Shown here piece by piece: positions 30,526 through 40,193 of a stretch of DNA of 64,000 nucleotides. The position numbers and the translations under genes were made by a program. Each line of letters begins with the position of its first letter. Positions within the stretch are counted from its first letter, which is position 1. Source of the DNA: Candidatus Kapaibacterium sp. (lineage in GTDB: Bacteria; Bacteroidota; Ignavibacteria; Kapaibacteriales; NICIL-2); contig JBKCNS010000005.1 of the NCBI GenBank assembly GCA_046297095.1, positions 19,500-83,499 on the forward strand, written 5' to 3'. Below the pieces are notes generated by a model. The model did no database searches. It was given only the letters and a program-made list of their open reading frames with translations, and was not told the origin of the DNA.

Positions 30526-30670
30526 GAGCTGAGTCTCTTCCTGTTGGGACGGCGGCACTTCCACCGCGCAGCGTTTATGGTGGAACGGTGCAGTTGGTTT
30601 ACCGAAGGAGTATCGTCGATTCAGGCTCTTTCTTTAAGCTTAGGGCTATTCGTGGCAGAGCGCGCAACCG

Positions 30671-32419
30671 TTATTGCGCAAATCGGCGCAGTGTGGCTTG
30701 CCAGTGTTCATTGTCCAGATCGTTACCCACAACTTCTATTTCCATTTTTTCGTTGAGCAGAATACGCCAGGGATAGCCCACGTATTCAAGTAGGGTTTTA
30801 GCATCCCGGTCTTCCTCGGGAATCACTCTGGCGGATTGCACCAGCACAACCTTTCCTCGCTCTTCTTTAATGCCGGGGAGTTCATTTCCTGCCCATAGGC
30901 TAATCACACGAATAGGCTTAGTGGCCATGGCTTTTACACCCGCAACCAGTTTCTTAAAGCCCTCGTCGCAGATGCCGCAATGGTCAGTGCGAATGTCGAT
31001 AAGTGTGATCATTCCCGCTAGCGTTTCCGAGCTTACTGCTTGGGCGGATCCCTGCATCATGAGCGACATCTTCGGAAAAGTTTTTCCGGTTTGAATGGCG
31101 CGGTCGGGATTGAGATACAGCTTCGCTGCCACCGAAAGCGGATGCAACGGATATTGTTTTGTGAGAAGCTTATAAAGCTCGCGCTGCCTGGAGGTGATAC
31201 CGGCCACCTGCGCTTGAATACACTCGGCGTAAGCAATAGGAACCACCACATTTTCTGCGGTATTCGTAGCCAGTACATCGTTGATGTATTGTTCCTTGCT
31301 ATCACGTTGGCGCGCATTCAGTGCGGCGTACATCGCCTGCGGATCTATAGCCCAAATAGATGACCACGCCGGAATTACTCGCAGTGCGCGCTCCATGAGA
31401 GCCTTGTCTTTGATTCCCTCGGGCAAACTCTCGGACAAGCCCAAATACGCCAAATACAACAAGCGTTCCGTGAGTGTGTCGCCCACTGTGCGAATCTGTT
31501 CTTTAAGCCGTTGTTCGTGGACATTCACGCCCATGCGGTTACGAAACGATGATATGTCGAAGCTTGCATTGGTGCCGCCGTTGCGGGTGTTGGCCACAAG
31601 AGCCGCTTCCATCTCGCGAGTGTAGCGCTCTTGGCGTTCCAGTACCTCGATAGCCGTAGTGATAAACGATTGCATAGCGGCGTTCCCGGCAGTAAGCGAT
31701 ACGCTGCCCGTGCGCTGCGGCACCGACGATGCATCGAACACAAGTTCTGTTTGCGTGCCGCGCGGCTCGATGCGAGCTGCGGCGCGGCCTTCCTGCACGC
31801 CATAGCCATCGGCGCTCATGCTGCACACGCGCACCGGGCGCATCCACGAGGAGTCTCCGTACACCAGCACTTGCCACGTGGCACCGCGCTCGGCGCCGGC
31901 AATCTTGGTGCGATACACTCCGTTCTTTACTTCCATGCGCCGGGCGCCGGCCACGGAGTAGCCATTGAAGCTGCCCATGGCGCACACGCTATCGATGCGG
32001 CGGGGCAACTGTGTGGGTGCCAGCGTTACACGAATTTCTTCTGTGCGTGGTACATCGCAGATAAAGGGGAAACTCACGGGCTCGTGATGCAGGCCCCCGA
32101 TGCGTATTCTGTACACACCATTCTTGGGAATCTCTACGGCGAACGATCCGGTTGCTGCTGCCGCAATTACCGTATCTGCACCGGGCGAGCCATAGCGAAA
32201 CACTTCCACAAAAGCATAGGGAACAGGCGCGCCATTGCTTCCGCTAATGCGTCCGCTTAGCACTGAGCTATCTGCCATTAGGCTTGGCGATACAACTACA
32301 ATGATGGCGATTACTGCCGTCCACAGGGCCGATACAGATGCCATGCGGGCGCGCAGCGCCACGCATGTGGTAAAAAAATCTCTCGAAGTGCGTCGAATGC
32401 TCTGCTGATGATTCATCAT
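30671..32419 (-). CDS. hypothetical exported protein with carboxypeptidase-regulatory-like N domain and C-terminal thioredoxin/redoxin-like CxxC domain
   Basis: Start uncertain: ATG candidates at 32419, 32416 and 32344. Signal/TM segment ALWTAVIAIIVVVSPSLMA. SGRISGSNGAPVPYAFVEV is a CarbopepD_reg-like beta-sandwich. The C terminus …IDIRTDHCGICDEGF… is a redoxin-like CxxC. Confidence 0.45.
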   Translation of the reverse strand: MMNHQQSIRRTSRDFFTTCVALRARMASVSALWTAVIAIIVVVSPSLMADSSVLSGRISGSNGAPVPYAFVEVFRYGSPGADTVIAAAATGSFAVEIPKNGVYRIRIGGLHHEPVSFPFICDVPRTEEIRVTLAPTQLPRRIDSVCAMGSFNGYSVAGARRMEVKNGVYRTKIAGAERGATWQVLVYGDSSWMRPVRVCSMSADGYGVQEGRAAARIEPRGTQTELVFDASSVPQRTGSVSLTAGNAAMQSFITTAIEVLERQERYTREMEAALVANTRNGGTNASFDISSFRNRMGVNVHEQRLKEQIRTVGDTLTERLLYLAYLGLSESLPEGIKDKALMERALRVIPAWSSIWAIDPQAMYAALNARQRDSKEQYINDVLATNTAENVVVPIAYAECIQAQVAGITSRQRELYKLLTKQYPLHPLSVAAKLYLNPDRAIQTGKTFPKMSLMMQGSAQAVSSETLAGMITLIDIRTDHCGICDEGFKKLVAGVKAMATKPIRVISLWAGNELPGIKEERGKVVLVQSARVIPEEDRDAKTLLEYVGYPWRILLNEKMEIEVVGNDLDNEHWQATLRRFAQ

Positions 32420-32475
32420 TGCTTCCTTAATATTTCGGTGCAGGGTGATTAGCGGTGGTGATGTTTGCTGCAAAA

Positions 32476-33606
32476 CTACGCGGAGCGAAGTTCTTGCATG
32501 ATGTGGCTAAGGGCATCAACGGCCTCGAGCACATCGTGAGTAGTAGTGGTGCGGCATACAGAGAAGCGCACTGCCGCGCGCGACTCCGCTGTTTCTCTGC
32601 CCATGGCCAGCAATACATGCGATGGCTGCATGGTGCCGCTCACGCAGGCAGAGCCATTGCTGCAGGCAATGCCGCGCAGATCCAGTAGTTGCAGTATAGC
32701 ATCGCCGTCCAGCTGCGCTGCATCGGTAAAGGATACGTTCAGAATGTGGGGCGCAGCATGCACGGGCGTGTTCCAGCGAATCTGCGGAATGCGTTCCTGT
32801 ATGCCGCTGCGCATCAATGCTACGAGCTCGCGGCAATGCGCAGTGGTCTGCTCGGCATCGCGCAGAGCAATGCGAACCGCATGCTGAAAGCCCACGATCA
32901 AGGGAAGCGATTCGGTGCCGGCGCGCCGGTTACGTTCCTGCCCACCGCCATGCTGATGCGCTTTGAAGTCTATGCCTTTGCGAATAAACAAACCGCCTAT
33001 ACCCTGCGGGCCGTGAATCTTATGCGCAGACACACTCACAAAGTCCACGCCCAGTGCGGCAACGTCCAGTGGGATTTTCGTAAACGACTGCACTGCATCG
33101 GTGTGAAACAACGCGTCCGGTACCATGCCTCGAAGAGAGGCGAGTTCGAACACGTAGCCGGTTTCGTTGTTCACATGCATCACGGACACGAGCGTGCGTG
33201 GAGCGTTGCATTCGGCCAATTCATGAGTGTGAATATTGCCCAGAGTATCCACGCCTATACTGCGCACCGATATGCCACGGCGAGCGCAATCCTCGGCCGG
33301 CTCGAGCACCGCGTGATGCTCCACGCTGCTGCATGCAATGCGATCTGCCAGCGCGGATTCTCCCGTGCAACTCTTTATCACGGTATTGTTCGACTCAGTG
33401 CCGCCGCCGGTGAAGATAAACTCCGCAGGATGGGCGTTCATGGCAGCGGCGATCTCCTCGCGCGCCTGCTCCACAGCCACTCGGGCTTGCCTGCCATAGA
33501 GATGCGCAGAGGATGCATTACCAAAACGGTCGCGTAGCCAAGGCATCATGGCTTCCAGTACTTCGGGATGAAGCTGTGTAGTAGCTGAATTGTCCAGGTA
33601 AATCAT
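32476..33606 (-). CDS. cysteine desulfurase (IscS/NifS family, class V aminotransferase)
   Basis: ATG at 33606 verified: MIYLDNSATTQ… PLP-lysine region SVSAHKIHGPQGIGGLFIRKG and active-site-loop Cys in …SNGSACVSG…. Confidence 0.85.
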   Translation of the reverse strand: MIYLDNSATTQLHPEVLEAMMPWLRDRFGNASSAHLYGRQARVAVEQAREEIAAAMNAHPAEFIFTGGGTESNNTVIKSCTGESALADRIACSSVEHHAVLEPAEDCARRGISVRSIGVDTLGNIHTHELAECNAPRTLVSVMHVNNETGYVFELASLRGMVPDALFHTDAVQSFTKIPLDVAALGVDFVSVSAHKIHGPQGIGGLFIRKGIDFKAHQHGGGQERNRRAGTESLPLIVGFQHAVRIALRDAEQTTAHCRELVALMRSGIQERIPQIRWNTPVHAAPHILNVSFTDAAQLDGDAILQLLDLRGIACSNGSACVSGTMQPSHVLLAMGRETAESRAAVRFSVCRTTTTHDVLEAVDALSHIMQELRSA

Positions 33607-33674
33607 GTGCAATAATAGGTACAATTTCACGGACCTTTTTTGGGGCAGATGTTTGGGTGAGTGCGGGGCTGTAT

Positions 33675-34427
33675 CTAGTTGTGATTGTTGATCGCACCGC
33701 TTTGTGATTCTCTTCGTGAATCTCTTTGTGAATCTCTTTGTGAGTCTGTACCCGACTTCAGCAACTTCCCCTGCTTCACCACTTGTACATGCGGCGCAAT
33801 CTTCTTGAATAAACGCGGGCCTATGCCGCGCACCTTGCGCAGCTCGCTTACAGAGCGAAACCTCTTGCGCGATCTATAGTCCACAATTCTTTGGGCAAGA
33901 GTGGGCCCTATGCCCGGCAGCAAACACAAGCTGTCTGCCGATGTCACATTCACATCCATGGGCCGGGCAGGGGGTTGCTTCTTCTTCGAATATCCGGCGC
34001 GGCCGCCAAATGCTCCGGGCCTAGATGCAGCGCGGCCTGCAGCACCTTCCTGCGGCGGTAAGGCAAACAAAATGCTGTCTCGCACAGCGGCAGCGCTGTC
34101 TATGCGGCGCTGAATCTCGGCCCGCAGGGCGTAGCCAAATGGATCCGCGGGCGATTCCACAATACGCATCACCACCGTGAACGTGCAGTATGCCAGCACA
34201 AAGCCCGCTACAATCAATTCGCTGCGGCTGATTTGCAACCATTCAAGGGCAAGAGCCTGTAGTTTTTTCCCGGAATCTTTCGGAAGGGAATGTGTGGGTA
34301 GCGATCGCAGCCACAGCATCGCTTTGCGTGCGGTGCTGCGCATGCGTGTGCTATTAAGCCCTCTCCCACTCTTACTCTTACTTTCACTCTTACTTCCGGC
34401 CCTCTTTGTTTTCCAATGCGTAGCCAT
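33675..34427 (-). CDS. ComEA-family helix-hairpin-helix DNA-binding protein
   Basis: ATG at 34427 (34445 is TTG). Membrane anchor followed by C-terminal tandem HhH (VNVTSADSLCLLPGIGPTLAQRIVDYR…RFRSVSELRKVRGIGPRLFKKI). Confidence 0.7.
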   Translation of the reverse strand: MATHWKTKRAGSKSESKSKSGRGLNSTRMRSTARKAMLWLRSLPTHSLPKDSGKKLQALALEWLQISRSELIVAGFVLAYCTFTVVMRIVESPADPFGYALRAEIQRRIDSAAAVRDSILFALPPQEGAAGRAASRPGAFGGRAGYSKKKQPPARPMDVNVTSADSLCLLPGIGPTLAQRIVDYRSRKRFRSVSELRKVRGIGPRLFKKIAPHVQVVKQGKLLKSGTDSQRDSQRDSRRESQSGAINNHN

Positions 34428-34497
34428 GTCGATTGCTCTGCTCAATAGGTGGTAAATACCTTAAGGCTTCGCGCACTGCAATGCGTGAAGTGATGAA

Positions 34498-34598
34498 TGA
34501 GCGGGAGAGCGTGATTATGCGCCGAAGCGCTTGAGCGGGAGAGCGTGATTATGCGCCGAAGCGCTTAAGCGGGAGTAAGAGGCTGAGCGGGAGAGCAG
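34498..34598. repeat. two perfect tandem copies of a 34-bp unit (tgagcgggagagcgtgattatgcgccgaagcgct) plus degenerate partial copies
   Basis: Direct reading: 34498-34531 and 34532-34565 are identical. gagcgggag recurs again at 34568 and 34584. Confidence 0.85.
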
Positions 34599-34644
34599 TT
34601 ACTATGCCATGGAAACCGGTGTACCAAACGAGTACCGGTTTATC

Positions 34645-35346
34645 TTAGGTATCAAGTTCGTGTTCGGATTCTCCGTCTGCTTCGCTCTCGTTGTCGTCTT
34701 CCGTGCGGGGTGGCAGAATAGACAGTATGGGCAGAAGGCTGGAAAAAGCATCACGCAGAGCGTCGATGGTAGAATCGTTGTGCAGCACAAAGTCCGCACG
34801 CTTGGCTTTTTCGGTAGACGACATCTGCTCGCTCATGCGCGCGCGAATGTCGGCAGCGCTTAAACCACTGCGCTCTTGAACTCGGCGCACGCGGGAATCT
34901 TCGGCGGCATCCACCACAATGACATAATCGAAGGCCGCTTCCAGGCCAACCTCGTAGAGCAAAGCCGATTCTATAAACACACGCTCTATGCCTTCGGCTT
35001 CGGCGCTGCGAATTTGCTCTTCGTGCCGTTGCAACACCGCCGGGTGAACAATGCGGTTCAGCATACCCAGGCGAGCATGATGCTCGGCTGTGGGGCCAAA
35101 CACCAAGGCGGAGAGGGCAGAGCGGTCTAAGCGGTTTTGTTCATCAAAAATGGCGTTTCCAAAGGTGTCGCGCAGACGTTTCTGCATCTCGGGGTCCGAA
35201 TTTATGAGCATTCGCGCTGTTTCGTCCGACGAGAATACCACATGGCCGGCCTCTTTGAGCCAAGCCGCTATGGTGGATTTTCCGCTGCCCATGGCGCCGG
35301 TGATGCCTATCACCACTATGGGTGTGTCTGCCGATGTGTTGTTCAT
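34645..35346 (-). CDS. coaE: dephospho-CoA kinase
   Basis: ATG at 35346 verified. P-loop GITGAMGSGKST and the CoaE lid region. 233 aa including an acidic C tail. Confidence 0.85.
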   Translation of the reverse strand: MNNTSADTPIVVIGITGAMGSGKSTIAAWLKEAGHVVFSSDETARMLINSDPEMQKRLRDTFGNAIFDEQNRLDRSALSALVFGPTAEHHARLGMLNRIVHPAVLQRHEEQIRSAEAEGIERVFIESALLYEVGLEAAFDYVIVVDAAEDSRVRRVQERSGLSAADIRARMSEQMSSTEKAKRADFVLHNDSTIDALRDAFSSLLPILSILPPRTEDDNESEADGESEHELDT

Positions 35347-35541
35347 GCCGCAAACTAAAAAAATAGACGGACCTATTGCCCACACCGCTCTTAGCCCTAT
35401 CTTTGCAGTCTCTTTTACGCGGCGCGGATCATTATGACAATGCTGTGTAGGGGAGAAAGCGACTGTCCTGGGTTTTGTTGCAGGCGCAAAAGCAACAAAA
35501 GCAGCAAAAGCAGCAAAAGCAGTAAGAGAAATACAAGCAAA

Positions 35542-35613
35542 GGTCCCATCGACTAATGGTTAGGTCACCACCCTTTCAAGGTGGCAGTACGGGTTCGAAT
35601 CCCGTTGGGATCA
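35542..35613 (+). tRNA. tRNA-Glu (anticodon TTC), 72 nt, CCA not encoded
   Basis: Hand fold: acceptor ggtccca/tgggatc (one G-U pair), D-arm gac…gtc, anticodon stem ccacc/ggtgg with loop cTTTCaa, T-arm acggg-ttcgaat-cccgt, discriminator a. Confidence 0.8.
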
Positions 35614-35614
35614 C

Positions 35615-35660
35615 AAAAAAGCCGGCTCTGAACTACTTCAGAACCGGCTTTTTCATTTTC
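35615..35660. terminator. candidate bidirectional intrinsic terminator (12-bp stem with one mismatch, flanked by an A-run and a T-run)
   Basis: aaaaaa-gccggctctgaa-ctac-ttcagaaccggc-tttttcattttc sits between the tRNA-Glu 3' end and the 3' end of the converging giant gene. Confidence 0.55.
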
Positions 35661-35727
35661 ATACAGCGTTCTTCGAATCCCCCTCCGCCTCCTCGCCAAC
35701 TTCCTCAACCGTCCATCACACACTTCC

Positions 35728-38700
35728 TTACTCAATCACGACCATTCGCCGCACAATGCCTATATCGGTTGTGACGCGCAGAGCGTAAATGCCCGGGGGT
35801 ATGTTTGGCACCGGCAGTGAGTATACGCCGGCGGCAGCTACCGGAACCTTCGATGCAATTACTTCGCCGGGAATGGTGAAGAGTGCCAGTTCGCGCACCG
35901 GCACATCGCTTCGAAGATCTATGTGCTCATGCGCAGGATGCGGCGCAACCATCATACCATCGTTGTTGAGCTGAATCAGGTACATCGAATTGCCGCACAC
36001 AGAGCGAACACGCAGGGGCATGGATTGGGTTTCGATGCGAACGCAGGTGGTGTCCAGATCGCTCACAATGTTTCGAATGCTGATGAGGTCCTCCGAGTAG
36101 TCGCTCACGCAAATGCGGCCGCCCACGCGGCCAAGCACCAGGGGCGTGCTGCCAATAGTGCCGGCAGTACGCAAAGTGTGTATAGCTTCTGTAGAGGTGT
36201 AGGTGGCTTGAGGACTATACCACAGAGCTTTACCGATGTGTATCTCGCATTGCAATGAACGTATGTCAACGTCCGGCGTGGATACTCCCACCAATCGCAC
36301 TTCCACGCTATCCCACACACTCACGCTGTCCGGCGCTTCTACACGAAGCAGCAGTCGTGGTGCGGGAGCGATGCTAATAGTTTGTGTAGCAACGGCAACG
36401 CAGCCGTTGGTGTCTTGCGCGGTGAGTGTATATCGCGTTGTGATACCGGGGCGCAATGTAGCGCGCACTGTTGATGCCACGACTGTGCCCGCAGGATCCG
36501 TCCATACGGCAGACCTCAAGGGAATGGACCACTGCGCATTCAGGTCGGCATCGTGATTCTCGCATACCGTGGTATCTGTGGTTACCAGTTGCTGCTCCGT
36601 AAATACCTGAACTCTCACGGTGTCGTCGGTTTCGTAGCCGCCGTAACGAGACACAATACGGTATGCAGCGGGAGCATTGACCACCACGCGAAGGGAATCC
36701 GATGAGCTCAAAGATTGATTGGCTGAGGAATACCATTCGTAGGTGTATCCAGTTTGCAGATTACGTACACGGAGCACAGCAGCAGAGCCACGACACACAA
36801 TGGTATCGGCGCCGGCATCTACGGCTACCATGCGCAAACCGATCACGCGTACGGTATCGCGACCTTCGCATCCGCCGCGCTTTCCATGAAGTACGTATAG
36901 CACGGTATCGGCAGCAGTAACCTGCGCCGTGTCGGTGTCGGAAATGCGATTGCCGTTGATGTCCGACCACTCATAGCTTACCGATGGATCGGGCGCAAGA
37001 GCCCGCAGCGTGATTACTGTGCCGGCCAGCGCCTTGGCCACCGCTGCAGCTTGCACGGGTAGTCGTGAATCAACAATAATAGAAACCGAATCTTGAGAAG
37101 TGCATCCTTGAGCGGTGGCTGCTTGTACTATTATCTGCATGCTGCTCAGTGCAGTGGTGCGAAGCAGAGAGCCGCTTCCAAGCACGGTCCCGCTTGCGCT
37201 GCGCCACTCGTACTGCATTGTTGAATCCGGGTTCGCAACACGAAGTTCAACCTGGCTTTGCGGACACACGGTGGTATCTCCTGTTGCTTTTACCGGCTGA
37301 ATATCATACACATCCACCGTCATGGTTGCGGTGTCGCGGCATGTGGCCGTGCGGAAATCTCCGCTCCATGTCATTACCGTGTAGGTGGTGCGTTGTGTGG
37401 GTGTGCACTTTGGTGTGGCGCTGGAGGAATCGTCAAGCCCGGTAAGTGGCGACCACGCGTATTTGGCACCGCCGCCCGCACGCAGGAACAGAGAGCTTCC
37501 GCGGCAGGTGAGCGTATCGGGAGAAAGCTGCAGCTCTAAGGCAGTAAGCACGCGCACGCGAATAGTTTTTTGTAATTCACAGCCATAGGCATTGCGCACG
37601 GTACAGGTGTAGTCGGTGGTTGTCGTTGGCGATGCAATGGGCGATCGCGACGTAGGATTCGTCAGCGATGATGCGGGAGACCAGCTGAAGCTAAGGCCCG
37701 TGGTGTCTAGGGCAACGGTGCCGGTAATGGTAACAGGAAGTTCCACGGAACCGCCTTGACAAATGATGGGCGAGTCGGGAAGAATGAAGAGTGGTTTGTT
37801 GGCGACGCGAACAGTAACGCGCGCCGTATCAACGCATGAACCTTCATACACAGCCACTGCATACGTAGTGGTGGCGGTAGGACGCGCTGTGACAACGGCA
37901 GAGTCTTTTCTGTTGAGAGTAGTTGAAGGCGACCACACGAACACGCCTCCGCCGGAGGCCCGCAAGATTGCCGGTGAGCCATTACACACAGTAGTATCGG
38001 CCGTTACCGAGGCTTTGGCCGTAAGTACATACACCTGCACGGAGTCTTCAATCCAGCATCCGTCGGCATTGAATCCGCGTACATAGTAGGTGGTATTCTT
38101 GTCCGGTTTTGCGCGCACCGACGCGCCGGCGGAATCGCTCAGCGTTTGGGCCGGTCGCCACACATAGCGCACACCACCGGTGGCCGAGAGCACTACGCCG
38201 TTGTCGTTACTGCATCGGTATAAAGATTTCGGCGTGGCAGTAATTACCGGATAAGTAGTCACGGTAATTGTTTTTTCGAAGGTCACGGTGTCGCCACCGG
38301 AATACACTACATACATGCGCACCGTAAACGCACCATTCTTGGCAAAGCGATGAGTTACCACCTGACCCGCGGTGAAGGGCGCGCCCATGTCGTCGAAGTA
38401 CCACACGATGCTGTTGAGCGGACACGTGGCAAAGGGCGATATCGTGCCCTCGAACTGATACTCACCGCAACCGGGCTTGGTTACAACTTTAAATGTGTCC
38501 GGATGCACGGTGCGGAGAATGCTGATGCCCGGGCAATAGCAATCGCAAATGTTTCCGCGGAAGGCGCCGGCACTAACGGGGAAGTCGTCCTTGGAAGTGC
38601 TGGTCATAGATGCGGTTACGATTTTATAATTGCACGAGTTGGCATCTATCAACGCCAGCGACGTGCCGCCCTCGCTACCGTTGCCGCCCAAATACGTTCC

Positions 38701-40011
38701 GTATCGCACGGCGGTGCCATCGGAACCCAATACCGTAATAACTTTATCCAGCGAGGTACTTGTGGGTTTTATTGCGTTCGGAGTAACCGGTATTGATGCT
38801 CCCGCTGCCATCATTGCCGAGAGTATCACGGCATCTCCGCCAATACGTGCCTTCACGCCATGAGGCTTGAGGTTCGATCCAATGAGAGTTGCAAAGGCAA
38901 CAGCAGACAAATCAGGAGCGATGGATATAATAAAGCCACCATTCACATCGCCGCGCTGAAGGCTGGCGGTGGCAGGAAAATCTGAAGACGAGGTACGACC
39001 CACAATCAACACACGCTGTGTGGAAGCGCTGAACGAGAGTGAACTAAGATCGTCGTAATTGCTGCCGCCAATCAAGTAGCTGCCCACGGGCGTCGGCGTT
39101 GAGCCATCATTCCATACCATAAACACGCCGTCGCCCGTGGCATCCGGCTGGCGGTTGCGAGCAAGGGGAAAGGTGGGCGAGTTCGATCGAGCAGAGATGT
39201 ACACCTTGCCGTTGTTGTAGGTGATTCCCCGTGCATCGTCGTTGTTGGTACCGCCTATGTAGGTGGAATACTGAATAGTGCCGGTGTTGTCCAGCTTTGT
39301 GAGGCATAGGTCGATATTGCCGGCAAGCGTGGATTGATAGGCATTCGATGTGCAGTAATAATTGCGTGAGGTTGAGCTTACCACCCAAGCTTCATCGTTT
39401 GGTGTGCACACGATATTTCCGAAGGCGCGAAGATTACCGGTGATACTAACCTCGTCGTCGGTGTAATACGGTGCAGAGTTGTAGCCGCGGGCATAAACGC
39501 GGCAGTACACCAGGCGTGAGCCGGTAGAGTTCAGGCGCGCCACAAAGTTCACATTGGATCCGTCCAGGTACGCTTGGTCCGAGCCATTTGTGATGGGGAA
39601 TGTCGTGGAGGATGTCACGCCGCAGATCACCACATCACCGGAAGGAGTGACCGCTATGGAAGAGCCTACTTGATCGTTGCTGCCTCCAATGAAGGTTCCC
39701 CAGATGAGCGTCGTCAGCGTAGAATTATACTTGGCCACATACACATTGCATCCGCCAATGCGCGTTGGCTGATACGTGCCGGGTGTTGTCTCTCCGGCAA
39801 TGCCATAACCAACCACATACACATTGCCGGCGTTATCAGTTACCATGTCCTTAATGCAGCACTGCGTAGAATTGGCAGCAGTGCCCAGGCCTGCACGCGT
39901 ACCCTTGAAAAACTCAAGATAGTCGTATGGCTGCGCGCAAAGAGAAAACCCGCACGCGGGCATAAGCCATAGCATGCAAAGTTTGAGTACCAAGATTCGA
40001 AGATGTGTCAT
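35728..40011 (-). CDS. giant secreted T9SS cargo protein: SBBP/beta-propeller-like N-terminal repeats, PKD domain, multiple Cys-containing Ig/SprB-like repeats, T9SS C-terminal sorting domain
   Basis: ATG at 40011 gives signal peptide MTHLRILVLKLCMLWLMPACGFSLCA. N-terminal GNVYVVGYG…/GDVVICGVT… repeats. PKD-like VWYFDDMGAPFTAGQVVTHRFAKNGAFTV. Repeat family shared with 24610..28800. C terminus GVYSLPVPNIPPGIYALRVTTDIGIVRRMVVIE. Confidence 0.75.
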   Translation of the reverse strand: MTHLRILVLKLCMLWLMPACGFSLCAQPYDYLEFFKGTRAGLGTAANSTQCCIKDMVTDNAGNVYVVGYGIAGETTPGTYQPTRIGGCNVYVAKYNSTLTTLIWGTFIGGSNDQVGSSIAVTPSGDVVICGVTSSTTFPITNGSDQAYLDGSNVNFVARLNSTGSRLVYCRVYARGYNSAPYYTDDEVSITGNLRAFGNIVCTPNDEAWVVSSTSRNYYCTSNAYQSTLAGNIDLCLTKLDNTGTIQYSTYIGGTNNDDARGITYNNGKVYISARSNSPTFPLARNRQPDATGDGVFMVWNDGSTPTPVGSYLIGGSNYDDLSSLSFSASTQRVLIVGRTSSSDFPATASLQRGDVNGGFIISIAPDLSAVAFATLIGSNLKPHGVKARIGGDAVILSAMMAAGASIPVTPNAIKPTSTSLDKVITVLGSDGTAVRYGTYLGGNGSEGGTSLALIDANSCNYKIVTASMTSTSKDDFPVSAGAFRGNICDCYCPGISILRTVHPDTFKVVTKPGCGEYQFEGTISPFATCPLNSIVWYFDDMGAPFTAGQVVTHRFAKNGAFTVRMYVVYSGGDTVTFEKTITVTTYPVITATPKSLYRCSNDNGVVLSATGGVRYVWRPAQTLSDSAGASVRAKPDKNTTYYVRGFNADGCWIEDSVQVYVLTAKASVTADTTVCNGSPAILRASGGGVFVWSPSTTLNRKDSAVVTARPTATTTYAVAVYEGSCVDTARVTVRVANKPLFILPDSPIICQGGSVELPVTITGTVALDTTGLSFSWSPASSLTNPTSRSPIASPTTTTDYTCTVRNAYGCELQKTIRVRVLTALELQLSPDTLTCRGSSLFLRAGGGAKYAWSPLTGLDDSSSATPKCTPTQRTTYTVMTWSGDFRTATCRDTATMTVDVYDIQPVKATGDTTVCPQSQVELRVANPDSTMQYEWRSASGTVLGSGSLLRTTALSSMQIIVQAATAQGCTSQDSVSIIVDSRLPVQAAAVAKALAGTVITLRALAPDPSVSYEWSDINGNRISDTDTAQVTAADTVLYVLHGKRGGCEGRDTVRVIGLRMVAVDAGADTIVCRGSAAVLRVRNLQTGYTYEWYSSANQSLSSSDSLRVVVNAPAAYRIVSRYGGYETDDTVRVQVFTEQQLVTTDTTVCENHDADLNAQWSIPLRSAVWTDPAGTVVASTVRATLRPGITTRYTLTAQDTNGCVAVATQTISIAPAPRLLLRVEAPDSVSVWDSVEVRLVGVSTPDVDIRSLQCEIHIGKALWYSPQATYTSTEAIHTLRTAGTIGSTPLVLGRVGGRICVSDYSEDLISIRNIVSDLDTTCVRIETQSMPLRVRSVCGNSMYLIQLNNDGMMVAPHPAHEHIDLRSDVPVRELALFTIPGEVIASKVPVAAAGVYSLPVPNIPPGIYALRVTTDIGIVRRMVVIE

Positions 40012-40193
40012 TCCCGCCAATCAGATATGATGACGAGCAAAATAGCCACCGGCCGAGGTTTATGCGCAGGTGCGGGGCGGAGCAGAGTGGAGCAGAGTAG
40101 AGCAGACTGAAGCAAATACCTGCCATGCGTGAGCACTGAAGATCAGTTTGCATTAGCTACTCATGAACTACTGACTCACTTCTCGATCACAAA

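Noticed and set aside
32689-33537. 282-aa + strand ORF overlapping the cysteine desulfurase gene
   Set aside because: Antisense to a gene with clear PLP-enzyme motifs. Composition typical of a GC-rich shadow frame
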